64,000 bases of DNA from Callorhinchus milii (Eukaryota). Made by a program: the position numbers and the translations under genes. The notes below the pieces were generated by a model that saw only the letters and a program-made list of their open reading frames with translations, did not search any database and was not told where the DNA came from. Location: the NCBI RefSeq assembly GCF_018977255.1, contig NW_024704742.1, positions 64,978,001 through 65,042,000 on the forward strand, written 5' to 3'. Position 1 is the first letter of the stretch. Every line of letters begins with the position of its first letter. Shown here piece by piece: positions 1-13,027 of the stretch.

Positions 1-176
1 CCTCTCATCCTTCTCCCATCCTTTCCCCTTGCTCCCCGTCCAACCCCAACATTGTACAATGCCCCAAGACATTATCCTACATGAAGAGTGTAAATATAAA
101 TGCAAGTTGTTATTGTTACATTTGATAAAAGCGCCTTTCATGTCTGGAGGATTTCTCAAAGCACTTCACAGGATAT

Positions 177-385
177 ATAATAATAATAATAATAATAATC
201 CTTGCATTTGATATAGCGCTTTTCACGTCGGGAGGACGTCCCAAAGCGCTTCACAGAACACACTGTAAAGTGAATTGACTGTATATTTGTGGGCGAACGC
301 GGCAGCCAATTGCGCACAGCAATGTCCCACAAACAGTCGTAGATTGAAAATTACCAATTTATTATTGTTTTTGGTTTTGGATTGA
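177..385 (-). mobile_element. 5'-truncated young SINE
   Basis: Same 3' half and (AAT)n tail as 11177-11499. Confidence 0.88.
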
Positions 386-3300
386 CTATGTAATATTTTA
401 ATATGTAAGTGGATTGACTGTGCTTTTGTGGACAAACATGACAGCCAAGTTGCACACAGCAATGTAATACCACTGAGTGAATGTGCAGTGTTATCTGGGG
501 AATTGTTGGCCATGGCACGGGAGAAGCTCCCTTCTGTTTTTGAGTAGTGCTGGTTTTAGCTGATTTTTAACCAGCTTGTCATTGATAGCACTATCCAGCA
601 GTGGGAAAGAGAGTGCTCATTCCATTCCAACAATTTATCTCCGGGATTTCCAAGTGTAGGTGGGATACATGGAAATCTCTGTTCTTCCTCCCACTTCCAA
701 ACACACATAACAACAATGATAACAACAACTTGCATTTAAATAGGGCCCTTCACCCGGGGCATTGTCTCGGAGCGCTTGACACACACACAGACAAAAATTT
801 GGAATACAAGATTCTCATTTTATCAACCTCAAACACTGACAGTAGCCAGAAATAACTGCATTGTTGCCAGTTCTGTGAATTCTGTCCGCAGTTTAAATAG
901 GGACATTTCAGTGGGCCAACAGCTCAGGTTCTTGCAAAGCTTCCTGATAACATTAGTGTTTTGCAGCACTTTTTATAGCAGTTGTTGTTAATTGCAGTGT
1001 CTATTTTTGAAGGCAGAAATGCAGAAGCCATTGTGCGCATTCCAAAGTCCTTACATTTCACAGCCCCTGCATTTGATGCAGCACCTTTCACGTGGGAAGA
1101 TGTCCCGAGGTAATGCACATTTTAACGTTTTAATGTCTCATCCCAAGGGGCTTGGCACCCAAGCTGGGGAGGGGAAAGATGACAAAAAGCGCGATTGAAG
1201 CAGATTTATAATAATATAATAATAATAAACCTTGTGTTGATATAGGAACTCATCAAATTGTTGAGACTTCTCAAAAAGCTTCACATAATACATTCTAAAG
1301 TGAATTGACTGCGTATTTTCGGGGTGAAACATGGTAGTAAATTGTGCACAGCAGTGTCTCACAAACTGTCGTGGATTGAGTGTCCAAATTTATTTTTTGG
1401 AGAGGTGGGATTATTATCCGTGGAAAACGATCCACCAATCAACTAACTACCAGGTTCCTACTTATTACTAGATAAACAGAGGCTTGTAGAGTAAGGAAAC
1501 TAACCCTGCTGGGAATCAAACCCAGGTCTTCTCAATTGCGAGACGAGTGCGCTAATAACTACGCTACAGAACTCCACGAGTGGTTAGAGCACTCGCTTCA
1601 TGAACACCACTTTTATAAGTGAACACAGCAGCTAATTTGTTACAGCAATAACCCACAGACAACTTTGAAGTGAATGACCAACTTTGCTTGGGTGACTGTT
1701 CGTCAAAATACTATGAGAAACTCGCTTCTCTTTTCGAGCAAAGCCATGGGAACGTTTAACATCCACCTGAACAGGTAGTTGGGACCTAGTTTTAACATCT
1801 CATCCTAAGGACAGTACCTCTAATAACGCAGCACCTGCTACAACAACAACTTGCATTTATACAGCGCCTTTCATGTCAGAGGACGTCCCAAGATGCTGAC
1901 AGTGAAGGGCCTGCACCCAAGCTGGGGTTTGGAATCAGAGACAGGTGGAGGGTGGGGAGGGTGGGTGTGGGAAGATGACTGAAGGCATGGTCGAAGAGGA
2001 TGGTCTTGCATTGGAGAGTTAACCTAGTCTGTGAAGCTTGATCCCACAAGCTTCTAACTCTTTGAGGCAAGAGTGCTACCAACTGAGTCAAGCCGACACC
2101 TTTTTCCATCTAATTTGTAGTAATGATGCCAAAATTTGTAATTGTGATTTACAAAATGGGACAAAGTGCAACAACATCAACAACAACTTGCATTGATACA
2201 GCACCCTTCACACGGGGTAGCATTCCAGAGCTTTTAACAGTGGCGGAGCCTGTCACTGAGCTGGGAGGAGGGGTGAGGTGACCGTCAGCACAAACAAAGA
2301 GGAACGTCTTCAGGTGTGATCTGAAAATGGGGAAGGACAGATTGAGGAAGAGAGTTCCAAAATTTCGGGGTGTAGTGGCTGAAAGCACATGGTTGAGCAG
2401 AGCCAATGACGGCCATGCAGGAGGCCATAGCCAGCGAAGCAGAGGGTGGCGGAGTGGGGAGTAAGCAAGTCGCAGAGTTAGAGAGGTGCCAGGGCTGAAG
2501 GGATTTTTAGACCAGTGTGAGGATTGTGAACTTGGAGAACCCATTTCACTCGCACTTTGACCGGTTCTGGAAGTCACAATGCACCGTTTTGTGATTATTG
2601 AAACGTGGGCAGCAAAACAATAGTTGTAAATAGCGTTTGCTATCTACCCCATAGCAAGATAGACTCCCTATGTGCTCATCGTCCACCCTTTGGATGAGAC
2701 ATGAAACCAAGGTCCCGTCTGCCTGTTCAGGTCGTCCTTAAAAACCCTATTCAGAAGGAAAGGCAAGTTTCTCTCAGGAGTCCTGGCTAACAACAATTCT
2801 CGCAGATTAAGAAACAATGATCATTCATTTAATCGGCTGCCGCATTCACCTACAGAACACACAGCCACCGCATTTGACAGTAAAATCCTGTGAAGCACTT
2901 TCAGACGCGCTCCCAACTTGAAAGATTTGTGTTTCGAATCCAAGGAATTGTTTTATATATAACTTTATATGTCCACGACTGTTTGTGGGACACTGTTGTG
3001 TGCAACTGGCTGCCGCGTTTCGCCCACAATATACAGTCCATTCATTTCACAGTATATTCTGTGAAGCGCTTTGAGACGTCTCAAAGGCCCTATATCAAAT
3101 GCAAGGATTATTATCTGTAATATATTATAATAAGCAGGAGGGGAGACGGTTAAACTTAATTGTTCTGCCAGAGAGAGGAAGGACCCAGCTGTCCACATGC
3201 GCCCCAGCACAAGGCACTGAAAGACGGGTGTGAAATGCAGCTGGTTTCTGTATTTGAAAGTACAACGTGAAACTAGATTGCAGCCAAGGCTGCCTCAAAA

Positions 3301-3947
3301 AGATAAGCGAAGTAGCTCTCAGATCTGTTCTGTGAGAAACATTAACACGCCAAGGATGTTGCAAATCATCCACTGTTTCATCTTATTTCCACATAATTTT
3401 GTTTGAAAAGACAACGCCTATCTGTTCATCACCTTCTCAACAAAACCCACACGTGTCCCAGATTTATTCACACAAAAAAACACTATTGTTTTACACACTG
3501 GATAATGTAAAGAAACCACAACAACTTGCATTTATATAGAAAGAAACAAAAAAAGAGAGAAAAGAATCAGCTTGTTCATATTAAACAGAACCATGTTAGA
3601 TTGTCATAGGCAAATCTATAGCTTCAGAGAGAAAAGAGAAGTAGAGAGAGAGATCTCTTATCTCTGTAGACCATAAACTCATTCAATTTTATCCAGACCC
3701 AGATTGTCATATAAAAATTAATGAATAAACCTCTTTCATGTTGGTTACTTTGCTGTGAAATCAGCCCTAGGGATCCAGTACATTATTAATGATAATATCA
3801 ACATACAAATATATACAACAGAAACACTGCACAGTATCTGCTCACATCGTCAAGAAATCAGCCCTACAGATACACTATCGATGGTAATATCAATACACCG
3901 TGTACAGATATATATGATATATTATAGATATATATGAAACACTGCAC

Positions 3948-4440
3948 CTGCACAAACTTCCATTGACTGTCTCGGGATCCAGTGAAGTCTAGCAGTGAAG
4001 AGGCATCCCTCACCAGGAGATGTGGAGAGCAGAGGAGCCCAGGGAGGAATTTCACTGATCAGATCCGAGAATGAAGAGGACTTGTAGCTGCGATCACCAA
4101 CACACCAACCAACCAGCCACCAAACGTGGTCTCTTTCCAATCGGCCGGAAGAATGAATTGCCCAGCGAGTTTCTTGCAATTTTGCTGTGTTTTTTGTTGT
4201 CGTTGAATGTAGCTGTGATCCGAAGGGATCGTGAATTAAATATCAGCTCAGACCCGTCCGCCTGTGCCAGAGTGTGTGAGTCTCTGTCTCGCTCTCTCTC
4301 TCTCTCTCGCACACACACAGAGTGTGAGGCAGCCTCAGGATCTGAGTGAGAGCTTCACACAGGATCTGCTCAGGTTGTGCAGAAGCAGTGTAACTTTCTG
4401 TTAACCCCATGTGCGCTGGATGCCTCCATCTGAGTCTGTC
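3948..4440 (-). other. Possible 5' exon/promoter of a divergently transcribed neighbouring gene
   Basis: Non-repeat, CpG-containing stretch with (CT)n/(CA)n and poly-C tracts. Candidate minus-strand donor CAG|GTGCAG at 3948/3947, which is weak. Confidence 0.3.
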
Positions 4441-5319
4441 TGACTTATTCGGAACCCCCCCCCCCCCCCCCCCCCGTCACCAATCTCAATAATAATCTTT
4501 GCATTTCATATAGCGCCCCCATTCATCGTCTCAAAGCGCTTCGCGGAATATACTGTAAAGTGGATTTGACTGTGTATTTTGTGGGCGAAACGCGGCAGAC
4601 TAATAATAATAATCATCCTTGCATTTGATATAGCGCTTTTCACGTCTTCTCGACGTCTCAAAGTGCTTCACAGAATAGACTGTAAAGTGAATTGACTGTA
4701 TATTTGTGGGAAAAACGCGGCAGCCAATTGCGCACAGCAGTATCCCACAAACAGTCGTGGATTGAAGTGACCAATTTATTATTGGTTTTTTTCTTGAGGG
4801 ATTATTATCAGGCGTGTGGAGTAAGGAAATTTGCCCAAGGTTTCGCCCTGCCGGGAATTGAACCCAGTTCTCTCTCATGCGCACAGCAGTGTCCCGCAAG
4901 CAGTCGTGGATTAAGTGTCCACATTCTTTTCCGGAGGGACTATTACCCCAGAAAGCGATCTGCCAATTGACTAACAACCAGGTTCCTACTTAGTGCTAGG
5001 TAAACAGAGGTGTTAGGAATAAGGAAACTTGCCTAAGGTTTCACCCCGCCCGAGAATCAAACCCGGCTCCTCTTGCTTGCAAGGCAAGCATGCTAACCAC
5101 AATGCTACAGGACTCCACTGTAGCATAGTGGTTAGAGTATCAAACCAAACTGAGGTTTGCATGCATCCCACCTTCACATATAGAAATTCCAGAGATAGAT
5201 TGTTGGAATTCAAGCTGTGCACTCTCCCATGCCAAGGCTTGGGGACGCCAGAGTGTACACGTTGGGGTACTGCTGGAGTCTATCCATCTAAAACCACATA
5301 GCTTGCTTCCACATACAAT

Positions 5320-6138
5320 ACAATATTACATTTGTATCGCGCCTTTCACTTCGGGAGGACGTCCCAAGGTGCTGGACAGTCAGGGATTTGGACACGAACA
5401 GGGGGTGTTGGGATAAGGGAGTGTTGAGGGCAGGAGGGTGCCCGTAGGCACAGACAAAGAGGAGGGTTTTGAGACGTGCCTTGAAGCGAGGCAAAGCGAC
5501 GGTGGGCTGGAGTTCCAAAGGGTGGGCTGAGCAGGGGACGTGGAGCAGGCCGGGGTCTGCTGAGCAGAGGGAGCGGACAAGTCGATAAGGGGTTAGTAGG
5601 TCATAGTGGTAGGAGGGGGCAAGGCCATAGAGGGCTGTGAAAGCAAGGATTTGAATTGGATCCTCTGAGGGATGGGGAGTTAGTGGAGTCTGGTGAGGGT
5701 TGGGGTGATGGGGTCACGAAGCCTGGTGCAGGAGAATACATGAGCTGCAGAGTTCTGGATAATCTGTAGCTTGTGGAGGGAAAAGTTGGGAAGGCCGACA
5801 AGGAGGAAGTCAGTGTAGTCGAGCCTAGTTGTGATGAATGCTTGGATGAGGGGTTCGGCAGCCTGAGGGGTGAGGCAGTGGTGGAGCCGGGTGATGTTGC
5901 AGAGCTGGGGGAAGGCAGAGCCGGTTATGGCATGGATGTGGGAGAGAAAGGACTGTTGAGGGTCAAACAAGATGCCTAAGTTCCTGACTGGCTCAGTGAG
6001 ATGGAGTGTGCATCCCTGGATGGTGACACTGTCAGTGCCTGGGGTGAGGAGGCGCTGACGGGTGCCAATCAGGAGAGCCTCGGTCTTATTTACATTCAAC
6101 TGTAGAAAGTTAGCTCTCATCCAGGACTTGATGTCTGA
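5320..6138 (-). mobile_element. L2-clade LINE, 3' part
   Basis: ORF MRANFLQLNVNKTEALLIG..VRNLGILFD..LIQAFITTRLDY..LQIIQNSAA, ending in the shared tail ...gcgcgatacaaatgtaat. Confidence 0.92.
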
Positions 6139-6139
6139 C

Positions 6140-8975
6140 CCTATTTATAAAGCCTAGAATCCCGTATGTTTTTTTTAACAGCTTTATCTACGTGTCCTGC
6201 CAGGTCAAAGATTTACTTATATGAACCCCCAGTTCTCTCTGTTCTTCGCCCCCTTTAAGATTGTACCATCTTATATGGCCTCTCCTCATTCTTCCTCCCA
6301 AAATGCATCACTTTGCATTTCTCCACTTTAAACTTCATCTGCCACCTGTCTGCCCATTTTACCAATCTGTCTATGTCCTCTTGCAGTCTGCTAATATCCT
6401 CCTCATGGTTTACTATTTTTCCTAGCTTAGTATCATCTGCAAGCTTGGAAATTGTACTCCCTATACCCAAGTCCAGGTCATTTATATAGATCAAAAAGAG
6501 CATTGGTCCCAATACCAACCCCTGGGAATCACCACTGCACACTTCACCACCAATCTCTGCTTTCTGTCTCCCAGGCAGTTCTGTATCCATGCTGCCACTG
6601 TCCCTTTAATACCGTGGGCTTCTATTTTGCTTACAAGTCTCTTATGTGGCACTGTATCAAACGCCTTTTAAAAATCCGTATAAACTACATCAACTGCACT
6701 ACCTTCATCCATACACTTCATTACTTCATCAAAAAACTCTTATCAGGTTTGTTAGTCACGGTTTGCCTCTAACAACTCTGTGTTGGCTGTCCTTTATTAA
6801 CCCATATTTTTCTAAGTGAAAGTTTATTTTGTCCCAGATTATAGTCTCTAGAAGTTTTTCCACTACTGACGTGAGGCTGACTGGCCTGTAGTTTCCGGGT
6901 TTATCCTTTTGCCCCTTTTTGTACAGAGGAGTAACATTTGCAGCCCCCCAGTCCTCTGGCACCACCCCAATGTCCAAAGAGCATTGAAAGATTGTGGACA
7001 GAGCCTCTGCTATTTCCACCCTTATTTCCCTCAGTAATCTAGGATGCGTCCCATTTGGACTGGGTGACTTATCTACCTTGAGCACTGACAATCTTTTTAG
7101 TACCTCCTCTCTGTTTATTCTTATCCTATCCAATTTCTCTACCCTCTCCTCCAATACTGTGGCATTGGCTCCATCCTCTTCTTTTGTGAAGAGAGATGCA
7201 AAGTACTCATTCAGTACATCAGCCTCCACAAGAAGATTTCCTCTTTGGTCCCTAATTGGCCCCACCTACCTTTGACTAACCTTTTATATGCTTATAAAAT
7301 AAGTTAGGGTTCTCTTTTATGTTACCTCCTAATCTTTTCTCATACAATATTTTTGCTCCTCTTATTTCCTTTTTCAGTTCTCCTCTGTGCTTTCTATACT
7401 CTATTTGATTATCTTCCGTATTTTGGACCTAACATTTATCATAAGCCTCCTTTTTCACCACTACATTGGTTTTGCATCTTTCTGAAATCTATTTGTGGTC
7501 TGTAGTATACACCTAACATAGTAACAACTCCTTTTCTGCTCCTTAACACTAACCAAATAGATTCTGTTTTGGACCTTCTAGGGCCACAACTATGTCTTTA
7601 ATCAATATTGCCCCCCGCCCCTCCTTTTTTTCCTTCACTATCCCTCCTGAATACATTGTAGCCAGAAATATTCAGCTCCCATTCCTGTCCTCATTGAAGC
7701 CAGGTCTCCGTCATTCCCACTACATCATAACCCCATGTGGCAACTTGAGGCTGCAGCTCACCAATCTTATTTGTCACACTCTGTGCATTTATGCACATGT
7801 ACTCCAAGACCGGCTTAGTTTGCTCCCCATTTCTCCCCCGTCTAACCCCTCCTTTTTCTGGACTACCCCTTTTTGCATTGCTATTTGTCTCTCCTAGTCC
7901 TCTGTGTAACTTGTTTCTCCTCTCTGATAATACATCCTGATTCCCTTCCCCCCTCAAAATGAGTTTAAACCACAGCACAAGTTATTAACCTCCCTACGAG
8001 GACATTGGTCCTAGCCTTGTTTAGGTGTAACCCATCCACCTTGTACAGTGCCCCAGAACTGGTCCCAATGTTCCAGAAACCTGAAGCCCTCTTTTCTGTA
8101 CCATTTCTCCAGCTATGCATTCATGTGTTTGATCCTGCTGTTTTGGTATTCACTTGCACGAGGCTCTGGGGGTAATCTAGAGATTACTACCTTTAAGGTC
8201 CTATTGTTTAGCTTTTTCCCTAGCTTCTGATACTCACCTTGGAGGAACTCAGACCTTTTTTCCTTATGTCATGGATCCCAACATGGACCATGACTTTCTG
8301 GATGTTCCCCTGTAGAATGTTTTGCACCCATTCAGGGAGGCAAAATACTATGCGAGAGTCACATCTTTGGTTGCAGAAATGCCTCTCTACCCCTTTCACT
8401 GTTGTGCCCCAATGACAACTGCATTGATACTCTTCCCTGTATCTCCCTGTGCACCCATTTGCTTTTGACTCCTCTCCCCAGAGGTGTCATCACCCTCACC
8501 GGTACAGAGAACTGGTTTGTGAGTGCCACACTCTCAGAAGATTTCTGCACTGCCCATCCCCTCTTCCAACCATGCCGGGTGGTCACCCACTCACTCTCCT
8601 TCTGAACCCTCTGTGTCTGTGAAGTGACCACCTCCTGAAACATTTGATCCATGAACTCTTCAACCTCCCACATGCTATGAACACCAGCCTCTGCTTGAAT
8701 TCAGAAACCCTGAGCTCAAGCTCGAGCAGCCGGAGGCACTTCCTACACATGTGTTTGTCCAGAGCACACAAAGCATCCTAGAGTTTCCCCATGGCACGCC
8801 ATGTTCATGCATCAGGTCTCAGGTGCCCTGCCATTTTCCCAGATATGTTTTATACATTATATTTTAATATAAATATTATATATAATAATTATGCACCTCT
8901 TTCCCCTCTGCACCGAATTCCCACTCTTACCCAATTCCTGCGCAGAATTCACACTGTTACACCTCACTCAGGTCC
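6140..8975 (-). mobile_element. Degenerate CR1-clade LINE (ORF1 remnant, endonuclease and RT; 3' end lost)
   Basis: ORF1-type CRKC..LELRVSE; endonuclease YMCINAQSVTNK..VVGMTETWL; RT KDKPGNYRPVSLTSVV and QGLVLGPMLFLIYINDL..ADDTKL. Multiple frameshifts and deletions. Confidence 0.93.
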
Positions 8976-8995
8976 TCACTCTGCTGAGCTCTCTG

Positions 8996-9500
8996 GGTTA
9001 GATGCAGATTTTGTCACCAAGAGGGAGCATGTACAGGTGGAGAGGAGAGGACCAAGAACACTGAGGAACACCTCACAAGACAGTGCAGGGCCTAGAGGAG
9101 AAGCTGTTTGTGAGACAAAGTGGAGACGGTGTGAGAGGTAGGATCTGAACCATACAAGGACAGAACGATAAAGGTTGAAGTGAAAGGAGAGGCGGTGGAG
9201 GAGGATAGAGTGGTCAACTGTATCAAAGGCAGAAGAGAGGTCAAGGAGGACGAGGAGACAGAGGGAGCCCTGGTCACAGATGGACAAAATGTCATTTGTC
9301 ACTTTGACCAGGGCTGTTTATGTGCTGTGGGCAGCATGGAAACCTAATTGGAGGGGTTTGTGCAGGAAGGGGCGGGAGAGGAAGGAACAAAACTGGGAAG
9401 GGAGGTTGGAGATGGGATGATAATTTGAGGATAGGGTTGATGATGTCTGTTTTTAAAGGGTGGGAACGGTGCCAATGCATAGGGAGAGGTTGATGAGGTC
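8996..9500 (-). mobile_element. L2-clade LINE RT fragment (continuation of the 5320-6138 copy)
   Basis: TNDILSICDQGSLCLLVLLDLSSAFDTVDHSILLHRL..WFRSYLSHR. Confidence 0.9.
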
Positions 9501-11176
9501 ACCACAACATAATACACCGCTAAAACTCCTTTGACAGAATACTTTTCCAGTTACCTTTGAACTGGGCAGCAGTCAGCAATCCCAATGCCCTATTTTTTAA
9601 ATTAAATTTTAAAAAATTATACCTGAATTATTCTCAAAATATTTTGCTCTGTATTTTTGTATCTGGTTGATGTAACTTGGAGGGCTTTGCCCCCAGGGGT
9701 TGTAAAGGACATTTTTAGGATAATAAAAACATTCCTTGCAATTGATATAGTGCCTTATCACATCATTGAGAAGTCTAAAGAGCTTCCCAGAATATAGTGA
9801 AGTGAATATAACTGTGTATTTGTGGACCAAACATGGCAGACAATGATCCAATGTATCAGGTGTAAGGATCATTATTATTATTAACTCTTTTTGAGCCATT
9901 TTATGTCGCAAAATAAAACAGAATTACATACAGTAGCTCAGAGATCTGTCCCATTGTTGACCAAATACAGCTGTTTTGCAAGGTTGCCTCCCTGTGCCTA
10001 AGGCAGTATTCCTTTAAGTGATAAGGATATGGTTATTAATCAAGGTAATCACAAACCAGGATGTGCCTGAAAGGGCATATTTAAAAAACACAGAAGTTAT
10101 TTTATACTTATTTATAGATCATACGGAAGGTGGTGCATTTGATCTCATCCTTCCTGCTTAGCAACCTAACTGTGTTTTACCCATTACAACATCAAGCTGT
10201 TTCTTAAATTAATTCAGTTTCCAGGGCTCAAACCACTATTCCAGTTCCATCCAATACACCAGACGATTACTCTCTATGTAAAAAAATATTTCCTGACGTC
10301 TGTCCTAAATCTCTAGTGAGGCCATATTTGGAACTGTATTTTATTTATTTTATTTTATTTGCGTTTTGCCCACAAAATATAGAGCCAATTGACTTTACAG
10401 TATATTCTGTGAAGCGCTTTGAGACGTCTCAAAGACGTGATAAGGCATTATATCAAATGGAAGCATTATTATTAATGTGTATAATTTGAGCCCTCATATT
10501 CAAAGTGACATTGATTCATTAAAGAGGTTGAGAGAAGAATGACAAGGGTGAATCAAAGTCCTCATTTATCTAAGGAGATGGTGCAACATACTTTATATGG
10601 CTCCTTTCACACCAGGAGGATGTCTCAAACACTGGACAGTGCTAATCGGGCAGAACTGGAGATGGGAGCTGAAAGTGGTAGAGATTACCAAATACGCAGT
10701 CAAATAATAATAATAATAATAATAATAATCCTTGCATTTGATATAGCGCTTTTCACGTCGGGAGGACGTCCCAAAGTGCTTCACAGAATATACTGTAAAG
10801 TGAATTGACTGTATATTTGTGGGCAAACGCGGCAGCCAATTACGCACAGCAGTGTCCCACAAACAGTCGTGGATTGAAAACGACCAACTTATCATTGTAT
10901 GGTATGTCTTGAGGCAAGCCTTCAACAAAAGGAGGGAGAAGGTCAGAGGGACTCCAGGATGGATTTCCAGAGAATGGAGGCAGAATGGCTGAATGCCTAC
11001 CCTCCAATCTTTGGGCAGACAGGGCTGAGGACATGAAGTAGAACGCTGCTCCTGAGCAATTGGAGAAGCCGGTAGGACTGAAGGAGGTCCCAGAGGTAGG
11101 TTGGAAAGAGACTGTGGAGGGGTTTGAAGGTGAGAAAGAAGATCACAGAGAGGACCATGTCATGGGAGAAAAGAAG

Positions 11177-11499
11177 ATAATAATAATAATAATCCTTGCA
11201 TTTGATATAGCGCTTTTCACGTCGGGAGGACGTCCCAAAGCGCTTCACAGAACACACTGTAAAGTGAATTGACTGTATATTTGTGGGCGAACGCGGCAGC
11301 CAATTGCGCACAGCAATGTCCCACAAACAGTCGTAGATAGAAAATGACCAATTTATTATTGTTTTTGGTTTTGGAGGGATTATTATTAGGCTCTGTGTGG
11401 AGTAAGGAAACTTGCCCAAGGTTTCGCCCTGCCTGGAATTGAACTCAGGTCTCTCGCTTGTAAAGCGAGTGCTCTAACCACTGAGCTACAGGACTCCAC
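11177..11499 (-). mobile_element. Young tRNA-derived SINE (short subfamily) with L2-type tail
   Basis: Minus strand starts GTGGAGTCCTGTAGCTCAGTGGTTAGAGC (A box), has GAGTTCAATTCC (B box), and ends ...aagcgctatatcaaatgcaagg(att)n. Confidence 0.93.
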
Positions 11500-12706
11500 C
11501 CTGTTATATTGTCAAAGGTCACCAAATACCTTCTGGGGAGATGTTAAACTGAAGTTCCATCTACCTGTTCAGGTGGACAGTAAAGATCCCAATGTTCAAA
11601 AAGAGAAGGGAGTTTCTCCCAGTGTCCCCTATATAAAGTTGATCATTCACTTTATGGTTGTTTGTGGGACATTGCTGTGCGCAAATTGACTGCTGCATTT
11701 GCATTCAAAATACACAGTCACTGCACCGCAATAATTTCTGTGAAGCTCTTTGAGACATCTCAACAATGTGAAAAGTGCTACATCAAGTGAAAGGACTATT
11801 ATTTTTCCTATTGATTCTACCTCTGCAATGTTCTGGGGGCAGATCAGAGGCCAGCACCTTTTTCCTAGCACTGGGAGATCCCCCACCAACATCCAGCTAA
11901 AAGTCAAAGCAAGAAGTCACTCACTAGGCAAATGAGATGAATGATTTCTAGAATCCCAGCCTGTGAGGATGGAGGTCCACCTCCCACTTGGCAACTATAC
12001 CTCTCTGCACACTCACACCCACACATGAATAAACAAACACACATATATGGATACACATAGGCAGACACACACAAGCACTTTATATTTTGGTCTGACACAT
12101 GCGGAAACCCATCTCCATACTTAAGAGTATCCAAACTAAACTGAGAATTCTGTGCAAGTCACCAACACATGGAAATCCCAGAGATACATTGTTGAAATGG
12201 AATGCGCATTCTCTCCCCGGAGGAGACATCCTGCTGACTTAATTCCAGAAAGCATTGACAACAACAACAGATGGCATTTATCTGGAGGCTCTTACATTGG
12301 CGCAGATTGGCAAGAGCCAAGGCTTAGAGACCACAGACTGTGTGTTGGGGTACTGCTGGAATCCAGTTCACGAAAACAGCATAGTTTGCTATTGAAAGCA
12401 CTCTATGGCAAGCTTTCCCACTGCTTGTCCAGCTAGGACACCCGACTCATTAGGGCTTTGAATTGCAGGGTTAACAGGAGCTGAGTGGGATGACTCCCTG
12501 CCCCCAGTGACTGGTCTGCCCTTCCAGGTCCTGCCAATGGTTGTACTGTCATCAGAAGTGCCCTGAATACTGCAGTCCCGCCTGGCTCAGGAACCAGACT
12601 ACCGAGACCACCACAGAGGGCTGGCTCGATTTTGACATTTCATTGCCAAGCCATGTCACCGTGGAACCAGTTCAGCTCCCAGACAGAGACACAACATAAA
12701 CAACTT

Positions 12707-13023
12707 ATAATAATAATAATCCTTGCATTTGATATAGCAGTTTTCATGTTGGGAGGACGTCCCAAAGCGCTTCACAGAACACACTGTAAAGTGAATTGAC
12801 TGTATATTTGTGCGCGAACGCGGCAGCCAATTGCACACAGCAATGTCTCACAAACAGTCGTAGATTGAAAATGACCAATTTATTATTGTTTTTGGTTTTG
12901 GAGGGATTATTATAAGGCGTGTGGAGTAAGGAAACTTGCCCAAGGTTTCGCCCTGTCTGGAATTGAACTCAGGTCTCTTGCTTGCAAAGCGAGTGCTCTA
13001 ACCATTGAGCTGCAGGACTCCAC
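12707..13023 (-). mobile_element. Young tRNA-derived SINE (short subfamily)
   Basis: Near-identical to 11177-11499; inserted in the microsatellite tail of an L2. Confidence 0.92.
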
Positions 13024-13027
13024 GAGT

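Noticed and set aside
6140..8975. Intact or domesticated reverse transcriptase gene
   Set aside because: Broken across several frames by stops and deletions, and the 3' end is missing.
10997..11419. Recurrent ORFs ending ...[17 protein letters not shown]
   Set aside because: Translations of the SINE consensus and its (ATT)n tail, not a gene family.
11425..11499. tRNA-like sequence with A and B boxes (also at about 13020, 21170, 43100, 61530)
   Set aside because: Always fused to the SINE body and tail; these are SINE heads, not tRNA genes.
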